Assembly: GCA_963665235.2 (NCBI GenBank)
Contig: CAXXLX010000001.1
Span: forward strand, 704,001 to 768,000
DNA length: 64,000 nt
Origin: Candidatus Poribacteria bacterium
GTDB taxonomy: Bacteria > Poribacteria > WGA-4E > WGA-3G
Direction of reading: 5' to 3'
Shown: positions 50,271 through 61,069 of the stretch, piece after piece
Layout: each line of letters starts with the position of its first letter
Position numbering within the stretch: the stretch's first letter is position 1
Notes under the pieces: model-generated
Databases searched by the model: none
What the model saw: only the letters and a program-made list of their open reading frames with translations
Told to the model about the DNA's origin: nothing
Made by a program: the position numbers and the translations under genes

Positions 50271-51758
50271 ATGAAACCATTAATAGTTGTGAATATGAAC
50301 GCGCTGAGAGAGGTCTATGCGGCGGAGGCGTTGGATATTCAAAAAGCGATTGAAGCCTTCGCGCAGGCACATGACGCGAACGTGCTCGACATCGACGCGG
50401 CATACCGAGCGAAGACTGGACACCCTATTTCAGTACCAGCGTATCCTAATACTGCCCTAACAACCATAGCAAAGGAAATCAAAGCTGAAATACGCTCACA
50501 CATGGGGAATCAATTGGATACGCTCATATTGGTTGGAGATGAGACTGCTATTCCGATGTGGGAAGTCTATCTGGATGAAACGCCTATTCACACCGATTCC
50601 TTCTATGCGGATTTGGATGGCGATGGTTTGCCAGAAGTTGTCACGACACGAGTCCTCGGGAATGCCGATGCAATACAGCGACAATTGTGTGAAACCGCTC
50701 CAATTGGGGGGCCGGTGTCCACAATTCTGTGTTCGGAGGATACCCGCATACATTTGGAAACGCAGCGGTTTCTCGACGCGCTTACACAACAGGGACATGA
50801 GGTAGGAGTGCTCGGTAGAGGGGGTGAGCAATGCCTGCCGCAGTCAGATTTGATAATTCATTTCGGGCATGGAAGTCCGAAAAGTCTGAGTAATAGATTT
50901 GGGGAAACCTTTGTGTCAGCGGAAGGTATGCCAACATTGTCGCGTCATCCCATTGCGATTGTCGATGGGTGCGCCACCACGCCGCCCGGTTCAGCATTAC
51001 TCCGCGCATTTTTGAACAACGGTTGCCGTGCTTATCTCGGCAGCACTGCAACTGTGGCAGGAATGATTCCGGCACGTTACACCAATCAAATAGTGATGCA
51101 TTTTCTGGACGCTTACGAAGCGCATCCGTCGTGGCCCGTGGCGAAACTCCTCACTGCAGCACGCACCAAATACGCTACAGTCAATCGTCTTGCCGAGGCG
51201 TTATTGGAACTTGAACAGGTAGGGTCTATCCCTCAGCTCGAGCGGGGGACAAACACACACCTGCTGACGTTTCTTGAATGGCATGCTTACGGGTCACCTT
51301 ATGCCCGTTTACATCAAGGGGAGGCGCAGCGAGTTTTTAATCGGCACCCTTTGGTCCAATCTCCAGTATCCCCGCAAACAGCGGAACAAAATGGGGTTGA
51401 GGTGACCTTCGAGTTAAAAAGCACAGATGGTAAACCGATTCTTTTCCTTCGGGCAGATTGGTTGAATTCGGTTTCAGCTTGGCTCATCGTTAAGGTTCAA
51501 CAAAATGGACAGGTTTTACACCAGTTGCATGGAGCTACGAACATTATCTATCAGCATTTGGAAGACATTTGTGTCGGCGGTTATGTGGATGGAGATATGT
51601 ATCACGCTTATTGGTTATTGCCGCTGCAGCGAGAGGTAGGGCAAAACCGCCTGCGCGTCGAATTCTCTAACGGCAGAAACGGCAGAGTGGTAGTTTTACC
51701 CGAATCTGCCGTAAACATCTGGCCTGAATGGGAGACGATTTCTGCTCCCGAGGCATAG
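50271..51758 (+). CDS. Peptidase C25 (gingipain)-like protein
   Basis: ILVGD, DSFYADLDGDGLPE, HFGHGS (His) and DGCAT (Cys) dyad-like motifs. Confidence 0.65.
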   Translation: MKPLIVVNMNALREVYAAEALDIQKAIEAFAQAHDANVLDIDAAYRAKTGHPISVPAYPNTALTTIAKEIKAEIRSHMGNQLDTLILVGDETAIPMWEVYLDETPIHTDSFYADLDGDGLPEVVTTRVLGNADAIQRQLCETAPIGGPVSTILCSEDTRIHLETQRFLDALTQQGHEVGVLGRGGEQCLPQSDLIIHFGHGSPKSLSNRFGETFVSAEGMPTLSRHPIAIVDGCATTPPGSALLRAFLNNGCRAYLGSTATVAGMIPARYTNQIVMHFLDAYEAHPSWPVAKLLTAARTKYATVNRLAEALLELEQVGSIPQLERGTNTHLLTFLEWHAYGSPYARLHQGEAQRVFNRHPLVQSPVSPQTAEQNGVEVTFELKSTDGKPILFLRADWLNSVSAWLIVKVQQNGQVLHQLHGATNIIYQHLEDICVGGYVDGDMYHAYWLLPLQREVGQNRLRVEFSNGRNGRVVVLPESAVNIWPEWETISAPEA

Positions 51759-51833
51759 TTTTTACAACGTGCGCTTGATAATAAATATCCGTTTGCTCTA
51801 AACCTTTTTCATCGCGAAAAAAGCGGTATAATT

Positions 51834-51858
51834 GTAGCATAAACTTCCTAGTTTGTGC
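51834..51858 (+). repeat. Solo copy of the GTAG hairpin core
   Basis: GTAGCATAAACT-TCCT-AGTTTGTGC with no MITE ends, between convergent genes. Confidence 0.75.
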
Positions 51859-51999
51859 TGTTTTTTGCTAAAACTACCAGAGAACGCTGTAGGTCAAAAC
51901 TTTTTTTCAAACTCGCGTTTTTTGCACCAAAATGGCAGTCGGCAAGAGGGGGTGATTGATTTTTTAGACACCCCTCTTAACCGATAGCCGATAGCCGTA

Positions 52000-54570
52000 T
52001 TACCGATTGGCACCGAAATCAAGTTCTTTCGCAGGGCGGACTACCCACTGTTCGAAAACAGATTTGAACGACCGTGCCTTTTCACCGAGATGGAGATATT
52101 GGATGCCGTTCAACGGAATGGAAACCTCTCCGTAGATTGGTGACCGTCCAAACAGCGTGTCGCCTTTAACCTCAACAGGTTCAAAAATCAGTACCGGATT
52201 GTGGATGAGCGTGAAGCGGACTTCGGACTGCTCAGCTGTTGGCTTATGATGACCCGTGGCTTCTTTCTGTTCCGCCTGTCCGTTCGGGGTTACAGGGGGG
52301 TCTGAATTCTCAAGTGTCTCAGCACTAATATCAACGACGCGTGTTATAAGGTCTATAGGCATAGAAAGTTTTCGCAACTTTGAATCGAACCGAATTGTGT
52401 GTTCATTGATGCTTATTAATTTACCGCGCTTTAGGTCGCCGTTGTTTGCTTCAATGATATGGTTTGGTGGATTGTCCCGGTTGAAACGTGGGACGGTTAG
52501 GGCGCGTTCCAATTTTACATCTAACTTCTTAGGTTGCGTTTCAAGCGGGTCGAAGAGAAGTTCAACGCCACGCTTAAGTGCAACAGCGTCATTTTCAGCG
52601 AATTCTCTGCCGACTACTACCATTGCCCCTTCTAAGGCATCTAGGTGGTCCCCTTTGTCCGTTTTTATAGTTATTCTCAGGCCACCATCTTTAGTTCTGT
52701 TGAGGTTAGCATTAAGGATTCTGCCATCTTCCAAAATGATTCTATGTTTATCACCGCCGGTAATAGTGATAGGATTTCGGTTTTCCTTTCGGGCATGGGT
52801 TTTTTCGCGAGTAAACTCAATACCCTTAATATGCTTTGTATCCAGGCGGGTCGACTTGATAAACGGTGAACGGAAATTGACAGAAGTTTCATCGTAAGTC
52901 AAAATTTGACACGGGATGACTTCTCCGTTTTTCAGATGCATCAGATGCGGGAACATCTTGACATCAAAAGGTTGTAGTCTGGAGATATGTTTATTGTGAC
53001 GTTCTATGCGAGGAGATAGGGTGTTAGCAAAACGTACAGGTTTTGCTGAGCCGATAGGTTGCCATTGGATGGTTACAGCATTCTGAGCATGTCCGTCATG
53101 AGGGTGAGGAGACCCCGCCCCTACAGTGGATGCATCCTCATTGTTAAATATAACGTGCCCCCGTAGACTTCCGGAGGGGAAAAACATTTTGTCGTAATCT
53201 TTGGCTGGGGCTTTCGTTTTGGTTTTAGCGTTAAGCCGAAGGTGTGCCGCCCCGTTGAGCGAGCAGGTTATCGGTTCATCCGAGAAGGCTGTCTGTAGGA
53301 CAATACTCTCCGGGTTCAATTGCACAATCTGTCCCTGTATAGCAGTTCCATCGATGTAGGTCAATGCCCTATATCCATCGACGGCTGTCAATTTTCTGCC
53401 GGGCTGCACGACGCGGTCGACCTGTTTGATTTCGATATTTTGACGTGTGCCATCCGTATCGAGGACGTACGCTCGGTTTTTCTCAACAAACAATTTGCCT
53501 GGGTGGATTTCACCATTCATCATGTGTACGCGTGATTTTGAAAAGTCAACTTTCTGGTCTTTCGCGTCAGCCGACCGTTTATAGACTCTTAGCCTTTGGA
53601 CTGTTAGGTCTCCGCCTCGGTTATAGATATAGAGTCCGGCGGTTTCCACGGTGGGTTGCACCTCTTCCAATTTCAGGAGCAAATTGCCGTTCAAGTCAAA
53701 GACCTTTAGGGTGTTAGTGTCCTGATTATAAGTGATTCGCAATCGAAAGCTTCGGCGGTTCGGCTTAATCGTCAACACAGGTTCAAACAGGGTGCCTTGA
53801 ACGACGACAAGTTCATTGACCCATGTTTCCAGTCGCAGTGCCTCGTAGAGGTTTTTACCGAGGGAGAAGACGAACCCAGGGGGACGTGTCGTAGATGCTA
53901 ATTCGAGGTCAATTTCAAAATGTTTAGGCCAGGATAATGGCTTGAAAATACTCGTTTTCGCTTTATTTGTGTAGGGATGTCCCCCACGTTCGGCGTGCCA
54001 TCCAGCATGTTGAGTATTATTATCGTCTCGCCCCAGGCGGTTGAGCACATTTTCCTCGTTGACAGGATTCGGAACAGAGCTTCTACGGTTAGTTGATTGC
54101 CAAGCGGATAACTGAGAGCCGTCAAAGATAAGATTGGTATGTTCTTGGTTTTCAAGCATATAAATTGCTTCGCGCTTCACGCGAAACTGGCCGTAACGTT
54201 TATTGGAAAAGAGAAGAGTATTTTCATCTGAATCGATAATGTCCGCTGTCCAGATATCGCCGGCTACGGTCCCGACGCGAAAGGTGCCACTATCGGATAC
54301 GCTCTGTTTTTTTATTTCGGCGTTCGGGGTAGGTTTCTCCTTGTTAGGGAAAACGATTGAATCCAAAACGTTAACGTCAAGCACAAGTTCGTCAGAAAAG
54401 TAGTCGGATGCCCATCGAATTTTTCCTAGCTTGCTGTCTAACAGTTTTCCTGGAAGGGAATCTCCATTTTTCCAAAACAGCACTGTTTCTTGGGCGTTTG
54501 TGACTGTAGGAAACCAGGTCCCCGTGAGTATGATGATTATAACCAATATGTTTTTTAGATAGTGTAGCAT
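52000..54570 (-). CDS. Secreted hypothetical protein with repeated NG(D/E)..G beta modules
   Basis: 856-aa ORF with a signal peptide. Confidence 0.7.
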   Translation of the reverse strand: MLHYLKNILVIIIILTGTWFPTVTNAQETVLFWKNGDSLPGKLLDSKLGKIRWASDYFSDELVLDVNVLDSIVFPNKEKPTPNAEIKKQSVSDSGTFRVGTVAGDIWTADIIDSDENTLLFSNKRYGQFRVKREAIYMLENQEHTNLIFDGSQLSAWQSTNRRSSVPNPVNEENVLNRLGRDDNNTQHAGWHAERGGHPYTNKAKTSIFKPLSWPKHFEIDLELASTTRPPGFVFSLGKNLYEALRLETWVNELVVVQGTLFEPVLTIKPNRRSFRLRITYNQDTNTLKVFDLNGNLLLKLEEVQPTVETAGLYIYNRGGDLTVQRLRVYKRSADAKDQKVDFSKSRVHMMNGEIHPGKLFVEKNRAYVLDTDGTRQNIEIKQVDRVVQPGRKLTAVDGYRALTYIDGTAIQGQIVQLNPESIVLQTAFSDEPITCSLNGAAHLRLNAKTKTKAPAKDYDKMFFPSGSLRGHVIFNNEDASTVGAGSPHPHDGHAQNAVTIQWQPIGSAKPVRFANTLSPRIERHNKHISRLQPFDVKMFPHLMHLKNGEVIPCQILTYDETSVNFRSPFIKSTRLDTKHIKGIEFTREKTHARKENRNPITITGGDKHRIILEDGRILNANLNRTKDGGLRITIKTDKGDHLDALEGAMVVVGREFAENDAVALKRGVELLFDPLETQPKKLDVKLERALTVPRFNRDNPPNHIIEANNGDLKRGKLISINEHTIRFDSKLRKLSMPIDLITRVVDISAETLENSDPPVTPNGQAEQKEATGHHKPTAEQSEVRFTLIHNPVLIFEPVEVKGDTLFGRSPIYGEVSIPLNGIQYLHLGEKARSFKSVFEQWVVRPAKELDFGANR

Positions 54571-54587
54571 TGCTTTTCTCCTGATAT

Positions 54588-55700
54588 CTACCTTTCGTAG
54601 ATGGGTAGAAGTCGATAGTTCAAAGCTAAGGTAAGGACTGCCATGCCTGTGCCGTACGCTTTGCCGTAGGAGCTGTGGAAGCTTCCATCCTCCTGTTGCA
54701 TTTTTTGAAGTCGCTCAATAGTGCGTTGATTCCACGCTTGCCACGCTTCAAAATCGCTTTGAAATAGTGCCTGCGCCATATAGTATAAGGTGTAGAACAT
54801 GTAGCCACCCCTGAGATTACTATAGTTTGCTCTGCGTTTGATAAATTCGGCAGTCGCTTTGTATTCTGGGGTGTCTGTCCTTTTTCCAATTGCATAGACA
54901 AGCGTCGCAATTGCGGAACGGGTAAGTCCATCGCCGTGGCTCCCTGAAGGGGTATAGGAGACCCCGCCGCCTTGCATTGTGCAGGTTTGAAAAAAGTTCA
55001 ACGCCTTGTTGATAGCTTCATTGGGAATTTCAATACCGGCGTTTCGTGCACCGAGGATTCCCATTAGTACGGTACCAGCAACGGTTGTATCTGCGTCTCG
55101 TGCTTGTGGACCATAACGCCAAGCCCCCCAGGGATTCTTTTCTTGGGCGGTGAGGGCACATCTTACTGAAAGTTCCAAAGCGTCACTGAGGGTTCGCCTC
55201 TGATTTTGGGGTGTGTCACTATCCTCCTTATAGAGCAGTTCTTCGCTAACCGCACCGTACGCCTCGGAGAGTGCTAACATAGCAAACCCGTGATGGTACA
55301 TTGAAGCGTGCCCACTTGTTCCTACGTAGCCTGTTTTGGCGTTCTGCTTGCTGATAATGTTCCGCAAGGCTTTACGGATATGTGTGGCATAAGGTCCGTA
55401 ATCCGGGTCTTCCCCACTTGCCATCAATGCCATGACGCAAATGCCTGTTATACCCGGCCCGTTCTGCGTTCCTGCCCAACTTCCATTCTCCAATTGGGTG
55501 CTAGCGAGGTATCGCAAGCTTCGGTCGTTGATGCTTCTAACCGCTGGCGGGACACCTGTACCATAGCGGAGAGTTGGAGCTTGGGCGTAAGTGAAGTCAC
55601 CGAAAAAGATGGATAGCAGTAGGAATACCCCGGAAAATCCGATAAGGTAGTAGGCATTCCCGGTAAGACCGTCACCTGTTTTTCTGTATTTAGTTTCCAC
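54588..55700 (-). CDS. Prenyltransferase/squalene oxidase repeat protein
   Basis: QLENGSW, YHHGFAMLALSEAYG, GAWRY, QQEDGSF repeats. Confidence 0.85.
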   Translation of the reverse strand: METKYRKTGDGLTGNAYYLIGFSGVFLLLSIFFGDFTYAQAPTLRYGTGVPPAVRSINDRSLRYLASTQLENGSWAGTQNGPGITGICVMALMASGEDPDYGPYATHIRKALRNIISKQNAKTGYVGTSGHASMYHHGFAMLALSEAYGAVSEELLYKEDSDTPQNQRRTLSDALELSVRCALTAQEKNPWGAWRYGPQARDADTTVAGTVLMGILGARNAGIEIPNEAINKALNFFQTCTMQGGGVSYTPSGSHGDGLTRSAIATLVYAIGKRTDTPEYKATAEFIKRRANYSNLRGGYMFYTLYYMAQALFQSDFEAWQAWNQRTIERLQKMQQEDGSFHSSYGKAYGTGMAVLTLALNYRLLPIYER

Positions 55701-55818
55701 TGTTTATCTCCTCACAGTTTCATAAGAATTTTTGTAGTTGGGTTGAACACGCCGAAGGTTTCCATACATGCATTCGGCAAGAAACCCGACACTTGATTTT
55801 AGGCTCATGTAAAGAATA

Positions 55819-56443
55819 CTGTAGTTTGGACACTATCTGTCCGGTTGATGCCCGATTTTCAAAGTATTTCTGATTTTTCTCTAAGTTCCTCACACAAGTC
55901 CAACTTGTAGAAAATAGACTCGAATGCGCGGAAGCGCAGCCCCAGCGGGGCGGTATCTTTATAGAAAACACAACCACACCACAAACTAGCCCCAGCGGGG
56001 CGGTATCTTTATAGAAAACACAACCACACCACAAACTAGCCCCAGCGGGGCGGTATCTTTATAGAAAACACAACCACACCACAAACTAGCCCCAGCGGGG
56101 CGGTATCTTTATAGAAAACACAACCACACCACAAACTAGCCCCAGCGGGGCGGTATCTTTATAGAAAACACAACCACACCACAAACTAGCCCCAGCGGGG
56201 CGGTATCTTTATAGAAAACACAAGAGCGGGGCGGTATCTTTATAGAAAACACAACCACACCACAAACTAGCCCCAGCGGGGCGGTATCTTTATAGATTTT
56301 AGCCAAACCCCTCTTCTTTCCGCGTCCTCTGCGTTCTCTGTGCCTTCCGTGATTCAGACAACACAAGCAAACTCCACCCTTCCATTCTTCCACCTATCCC
56401 TTTGACAATAACGTTACGCCCCCTAAAATTGTCCAAAGTTTAG
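55819..56443 (+). mobile_element. MITE family C copy with an expanded 50-bp array (8 cores, one truncated)
   Basis: TSD TAAAGAATA; unit GCCCCAGCGGGGCGGTATCTTTATAGAAAACACAACCACACCACAAACTA from 55939. Confidence 0.9.
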
Positions 56444-56545
56444 TAAAGAATAAGTGCATAAGAAAATTTAACCCTTGTGGCCATTGCGTTTATTAGAACG
56501 ATCGCACACATCTTTAACATGAGCCGATTTTATATCTTGTTTCCA

Positions 56546-58083
56546 TTATTCATAAAGTCGCCTCAAAAAACTCAGTATCTCAGGATTCATCTTTATGAAT
56601 ATTTCGGCAACCATCATGTGAAGTCCCTCCGCGCTCAACGAGAAAAGCGTCAGCTGTGCCCCCGTTGTTTCTAACTGTTTCCGGTGTGTCTCCTTCAAAA
56701 GCAGCAACGCGTCTATGGAGGTCACAACCAGTGCCTGCGAAGCCTGCGTCTGGAAAACCTGTCTTTCGGTTTGGCGTTCGGTATATTGCCGATAAGCCTC
56801 ATCAGAGAGCACATTTTTGATTGCCCGTTGGTAAAGCGGATGACTCGTAAGGTCGGGCAGTTCAGGCCCACGCCATCGTTTACCCATAACCGTTTCGTCC
56901 GCCAACTTCTTCTTCAGGACTTCGAACTGTTCAGTAGCCTGTTCGCGAGGCAATTTTGCATCATGAATCTATTCGAGCTCAGATGAGGCATCAATATAGT
57001 TGATTTTTTTCTCAATATCCAGCTTTTGCGCTTCAATAGCTCGTTGGATTACATCCTTGATAACCCCTTGTAAATGCGGTTTTCCTGTTCCCTGAGCGTT
57101 CCTAGCTGTTGTTCGTATGTGCTGTTAATATAGCGTCTGCCAGCTCCGACAGTTGAGATTCGCGGGAGCTTTCTTCCGTTTCATTAGGAAGGACTTGCAC
57201 CAACCTCCCTTAGCATTTTTCAGTCTTAATCAATCCGCTCCAGATTTTTATCTGATTTGGAGTCAATATTGGCTGTAGTGATATTTTCAATCCATCAGAT
57301 AGAAATCCCAACTTCGCGCTGTAAATTATAGCTGGTAAACATATATGCTACGGGTGGTTCCAGCGAATGCGCTATTATTGTGTCAAGCAGTAATTTGAGC
57401 ACATCCTCGCGTTGCTCGTGGTTCAGACTGAGGGTTTCGTCGAGGAACGCTGTTAGGAAGTGAGCGCCCGTTTGCCGTGCCTGCTGTTGCCGATTCTCGA
57501 TAAACTCTATATAATCGTGAAGCTGCGTTTCGGTTAGATGCTTCGCGAAGGCTGCCTTGCTATCAGGTTCTGACAACAACAATGCTATTATCGCCAACAT
57601 ACCGCCTTTTTGTAATTTCGCTCCTAGATTTCTCGGTTCCAACACAGCGAGTACTTCAAGAAGCGACTGATAGAGTGCCTCCACAGAAGATTTTTCCAAT
57701 TTGTAACGCTTGCCTATATCTCCAGTGACGTGCTTAAGGGGTCTCTCGATAACACGAATTATATTGTCTCTGCCGGCATCGCCCGTTTTGCTCATTATAA
57801 TCTGCTTGAAGTGCTCTCCATTATCAATGATAATAACAGGTCTACCGACTCGATCAACGTATCCCTTTTTGCTGGTACTCATCAGATAGAGTCCTGCGGG
57901 GAGCCTATCGAATTGATAGTGACCTTCGGCATCCGTTTTTACTGTAACTACCTTGTTATTTGTATCAGCAATCTGAACCTCAACCCCCTCAATTGGGTTC
58001 TGTTCTGGGGTTGTATCAACAGCAGTCCCATGGAGGGTGCCGCCGTTCGGCACTTGCAGCAAGTTCTCTTCTACAAAAGTCAA
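56546..58083 (-). pseudogene. Fragmented paralogue of 58112-59722
   Basis: ORFs 57295-58083 and 56546-56953 match the N- and C-parts of the neighbour; several frameshifts and a stop lie between them. Confidence 0.8.
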
Positions 58084-58111
58084 CGTTATATCGCCTCAAA
58101 TACGGGTGTAT

Positions 58112-59722
58112 CTACTGTGTAAGTGGGTTCGCCAATCCGCCTTGTTCAAGGGCATCCTGATACCAAGGCATGAGAATCTCGGGGCCTGTTCTTAGAATAA
58201 GTTCAGTCTGCATCATTTCCAAGCCCTCCAGACTCAACGAGAGAAGTGTCACCTGCGCTGCCGTTGTTTCCAGCTGTTTCCGTTGTGTCCTTTTCAAGAG
58301 CAGTCCCGTATCTATGTATACCACTAACATATCACGGGCAGCTTCTGATTGGAAAACCTGGCGTTCGATTTGACGGGCGACATATTCCGAATATGCCTCA
58401 TCAGGAAGTACATCTTTGATCGCCTGTTGGTAGAGCGGATGATTTGTAATGTTGTACAGCTCCGCTCCGCCCCACAGCTTGTTAGGCCAGCTTTCGTCCG
58501 CCAACGTTTTCTTCATCGCTTCAAGTCCCTTAACAGCCTGTTCGCGAGGCATATTTTGCTTTAGGACCCCCCCTAAAAAGTTGTGTAAGTCAAGCAGGTA
58601 CCTAAACTTTGCGTTGTCGTTCTGTTTTCGCACTTCAATGTATTGTTGGAGCACCCCTTTGGTAACGACTTCCAAACGTTTTTCTGCCATTTCGTTAAGC
58701 GGTCCAAGCTGTTGTGTATGTAGTCCCAGGATTGCTTCTGCCAAGTGCCAACGTGGCGGTTTGAATTCGGTCTGAAGTGCATCTGGAAACGTCTCCCTAT
58801 TTCCCTTTTCGAAAATCACCACGCCTTCCCAAATTTCTGCTTGTGTTGGGGTCAATACCGGATCGAGAGATATATTCAATTGTCCCCGTAGTAAATTTAC
58901 GACTTTCGTCTGTAAAGAGAGTTCGTTAAATATACCTATAACATCCTCCACTGTATCATAACTGATTGTGTCATTCAGCAATGCTGTAACATTTTCGCGT
59001 TGCTTGTGTGTCAACCAGAGTAATTGGTCTAGGAATGCTGTTATGAAGTGAGCGGCTGCTTGCCGAACTCTCTTTTGCCGTACCTTGATGAAATCTATAT
59101 AATCCTGAATCTGCGTTTCGGTTAGATGTTTCTCGAATGCTGGCCTGCAATCGGGGTGCGACAACAACCCCATAATCAACCCGGGGACTCCCCCGTCTGC
59201 TGTTTCTAAGACGGCATCCATGTTTCGGTTCGTCTCCTCAAGCACAGTATTGAGTGCCTCAAGAATGGACTGATGGAATGCTTTAACGATACGCTCGTCT
59301 AGATTGTAACGTTCACCGATACTTTCAGCGATGTATTGAAACATCCGCTCGGTAAGACGTTCCTCTATATCGTCCCGTTTTGTTATTTTAAGCTGAACGA
59401 AGTGGTCTCCGCCATTAACGATTGTAACAGCCTTACCGACTCGCTCATTATATCCCCTTTTGTGGATATTCATCAGATAGCGTCCGGCGGGGAGGTTATC
59501 GAATTTATATTCACCTTTGGCATCGGTTTTGACTGTGAACACCTTATTATCTGTCCCAACAATATTAACTGTAACGCCTTCGATAGGGTTCCGTTCTGGG
59601 GTTGTGTCAACAACAGTGCCCCGGACGGTTCCGCCGTTCAGCGCGTTTTCTTGTGCAAAGGCAACGCTTGTGAATATAGCGATACAAACAGTGATTATTA
59701 GTCCCAAAATAGAACGGTTCAT
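58112..59722 (-). CDS. Secreted protein with a carboxypeptidase-regulatory-like (prealbumin-fold) domain
   Basis: Signal peptide; GTVRGTVVD...PIEGVTV...TDAKGEYKFDNLPAGRY. Confidence 0.75.
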   Translation of the reverse strand: MNRSILGLIITVCIAIFTSVAFAQENALNGGTVRGTVVDTTPERNPIEGVTVNIVGTDNKVFTVKTDAKGEYKFDNLPAGRYLMNIHKRGYNERVGKAVTIVNGGDHFVQLKITKRDDIEERLTERMFQYIAESIGERYNLDERIVKAFHQSILEALNTVLEETNRNMDAVLETADGGVPGLIMGLLSHPDCRPAFEKHLTETQIQDYIDFIKVRQKRVRQAAAHFITAFLDQLLWLTHKQRENVTALLNDTISYDTVEDVIGIFNELSLQTKVVNLLRGQLNISLDPVLTPTQAEIWEGVVIFEKGNRETFPDALQTEFKPPRWHLAEAILGLHTQQLGPLNEMAEKRLEVVTKGVLQQYIEVRKQNDNAKFRYLLDLHNFLGGVLKQNMPREQAVKGLEAMKKTLADESWPNKLWGGAELYNITNHPLYQQAIKDVLPDEAYSEYVARQIERQVFQSEAARDMLVVYIDTGLLLKRTQRKQLETTAAQVTLLSLSLEGLEMMQTELILRTGPEILMPWYQDALEQGGLANPLTQ

Positions 59723-60666
59723 CTGTTTACCTCAGCTAGGCCGGTCTGCCACTCTTTGCCTCTCTTACCTGCGTAGAGCATAACGTATGTGTCACCGATG
59801 TGGAGGATTTGGCCTGTCAACACGCCATCACAATCAAACGCTTCAGGGTCATCCGATGGGGTGAATATGGGATTGGAAGGGTTCGGCTCGAAGGTGCAAA
59901 AATCACGAGTCCGTACATGTCCAATCCGCCAGACTTCGCCATCGTATCCCCCATAAAGGATATGGAAGTACTGCGGTCCTTTGAACAGTTCGGTTTCCCG
60001 AACGGCTTGTCTGTCCCAAGCTTGTCCGCTCCCGGTGAAAACGGGATTCGCTGGATTTTTTGTGACAACTGCTGGATTGCTCGTCGGCGCGGTTGCGTGG
60101 CACATCGTCAACCCCTCACCGAACGACTGTGTCGCTTTTCCCGTATAAACGATATGAATCGTGTCGCCATCCACAGCGACAGAGGGATGCGTAGCACCGT
60201 GTCGTTCATGTTCGGTATCCGCAGAGATGACAGGCGTTGGTTGGACGCGCCGCCATTTGCCAAGGTCGCCATTGCTCACAAGCAAACCGGTCTGTTCAGG
60301 GGTCGTTTTTCCTTTACCGCGATAGTACATGTAGAACTTACCATCAGCAGGGTTTCGGAAGGGAAACGGATACTCGACAGCTGCATTATCGAAACCGTCG
60401 GCTGAAGGTTCCAAAATAGGATTGCGTGCATCCTGTGTGATGCTAGTAATGCTATGAATAGGCGCAGTTGCGTGCATCATCAGCCAACGGACGTTTTCCG
60501 GTTCACGTTTACACCAGATGTAGTGTAAGGTATCCTCAACAATGATAGCATGTGTCGCTGCTGCCCAGAGAGGTGGCGGCAGGGAGATAATAGGATTGCC
60601 CCCCGCTATTCTCTTGAAACTGGCAAATACCTCAAACCGGATAGCCTCTTTTTGCACATCAGCCAT
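59719..60666 (-). CDS. Five-bladed beta-propeller glycosidase-like protein
   Basis: Repeated NPI/NPV...(W/F)D blades and YMYYRG, LYGG, LYAG strands; start MADVQ at 60666 behind GGAGGAG. Confidence 0.65.
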   Translation of the reverse strand: MADVQKEAIRFEVFASFKRIAGGNPIISLPPPLWAAATHAIIVEDTLHYIWCKREPENVRWLMMHATAPIHSITSITQDARNPILEPSADGFDNAAVEYPFPFRNPADGKFYMYYRGKGKTTPEQTGLLVSNGDLGKWRRVQPTPVISADTEHERHGATHPSVAVDGDTIHIVYTGKATQSFGEGLTMCHATAPTSNPAVVTKNPANPVFTGSGQAWDRQAVRETELFKGPQYFHILYGGYDGEVWRIGHVRTRDFCTFEPNPSNPIFTPSDDPEAFDCDGVLTGQILHIGDTYVMLYAGKRGKEWQTGLAEVNR

Positions 60667-60692
60667 CGATTTCTCCTCCGTTAAAAGTCCTA

Positions 60693-61069
60693 CTATAGTT
60701 TGGACACTATCTGTGAGACAGGTGCCCGATTTCAAAGCATCGCTGATTTTTCTCTAAGTTCTTCACACAAATACAAACAGTAGAAAATAGACCTAATGTG
60801 CGAAAGTGCGGTTTCCCCAGCGGGACGAAATGTCTATAGAAAACCCAAACAACATACAAACTAGCCCCAGCGGGGCGGAATGTTTATAGAATGTTGGAAA
60901 CCATTGGTTTATGGAAACCATTAGCAGTTAGCAAGAGGATTGTGATGCTAAGCCTATCTCTGCTGCGCGTCAAAACCCGCTTCCCCTCTTCCACCTTCCA
61001 TTCTTCCACCCTTCCACCTATCCGTTTGACAAGAACGTTGTGCCTCCCTAAAATTGGTCCAAAGTTTAG
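60693..61069 (+). mobile_element. Diverged MITE family C copy
   Basis: CTATAGTTTGGACA...GTCCAAAGTTTAG; flanks TAAAAGTCCTA / TAAAAGTACTA. Confidence 0.8.
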
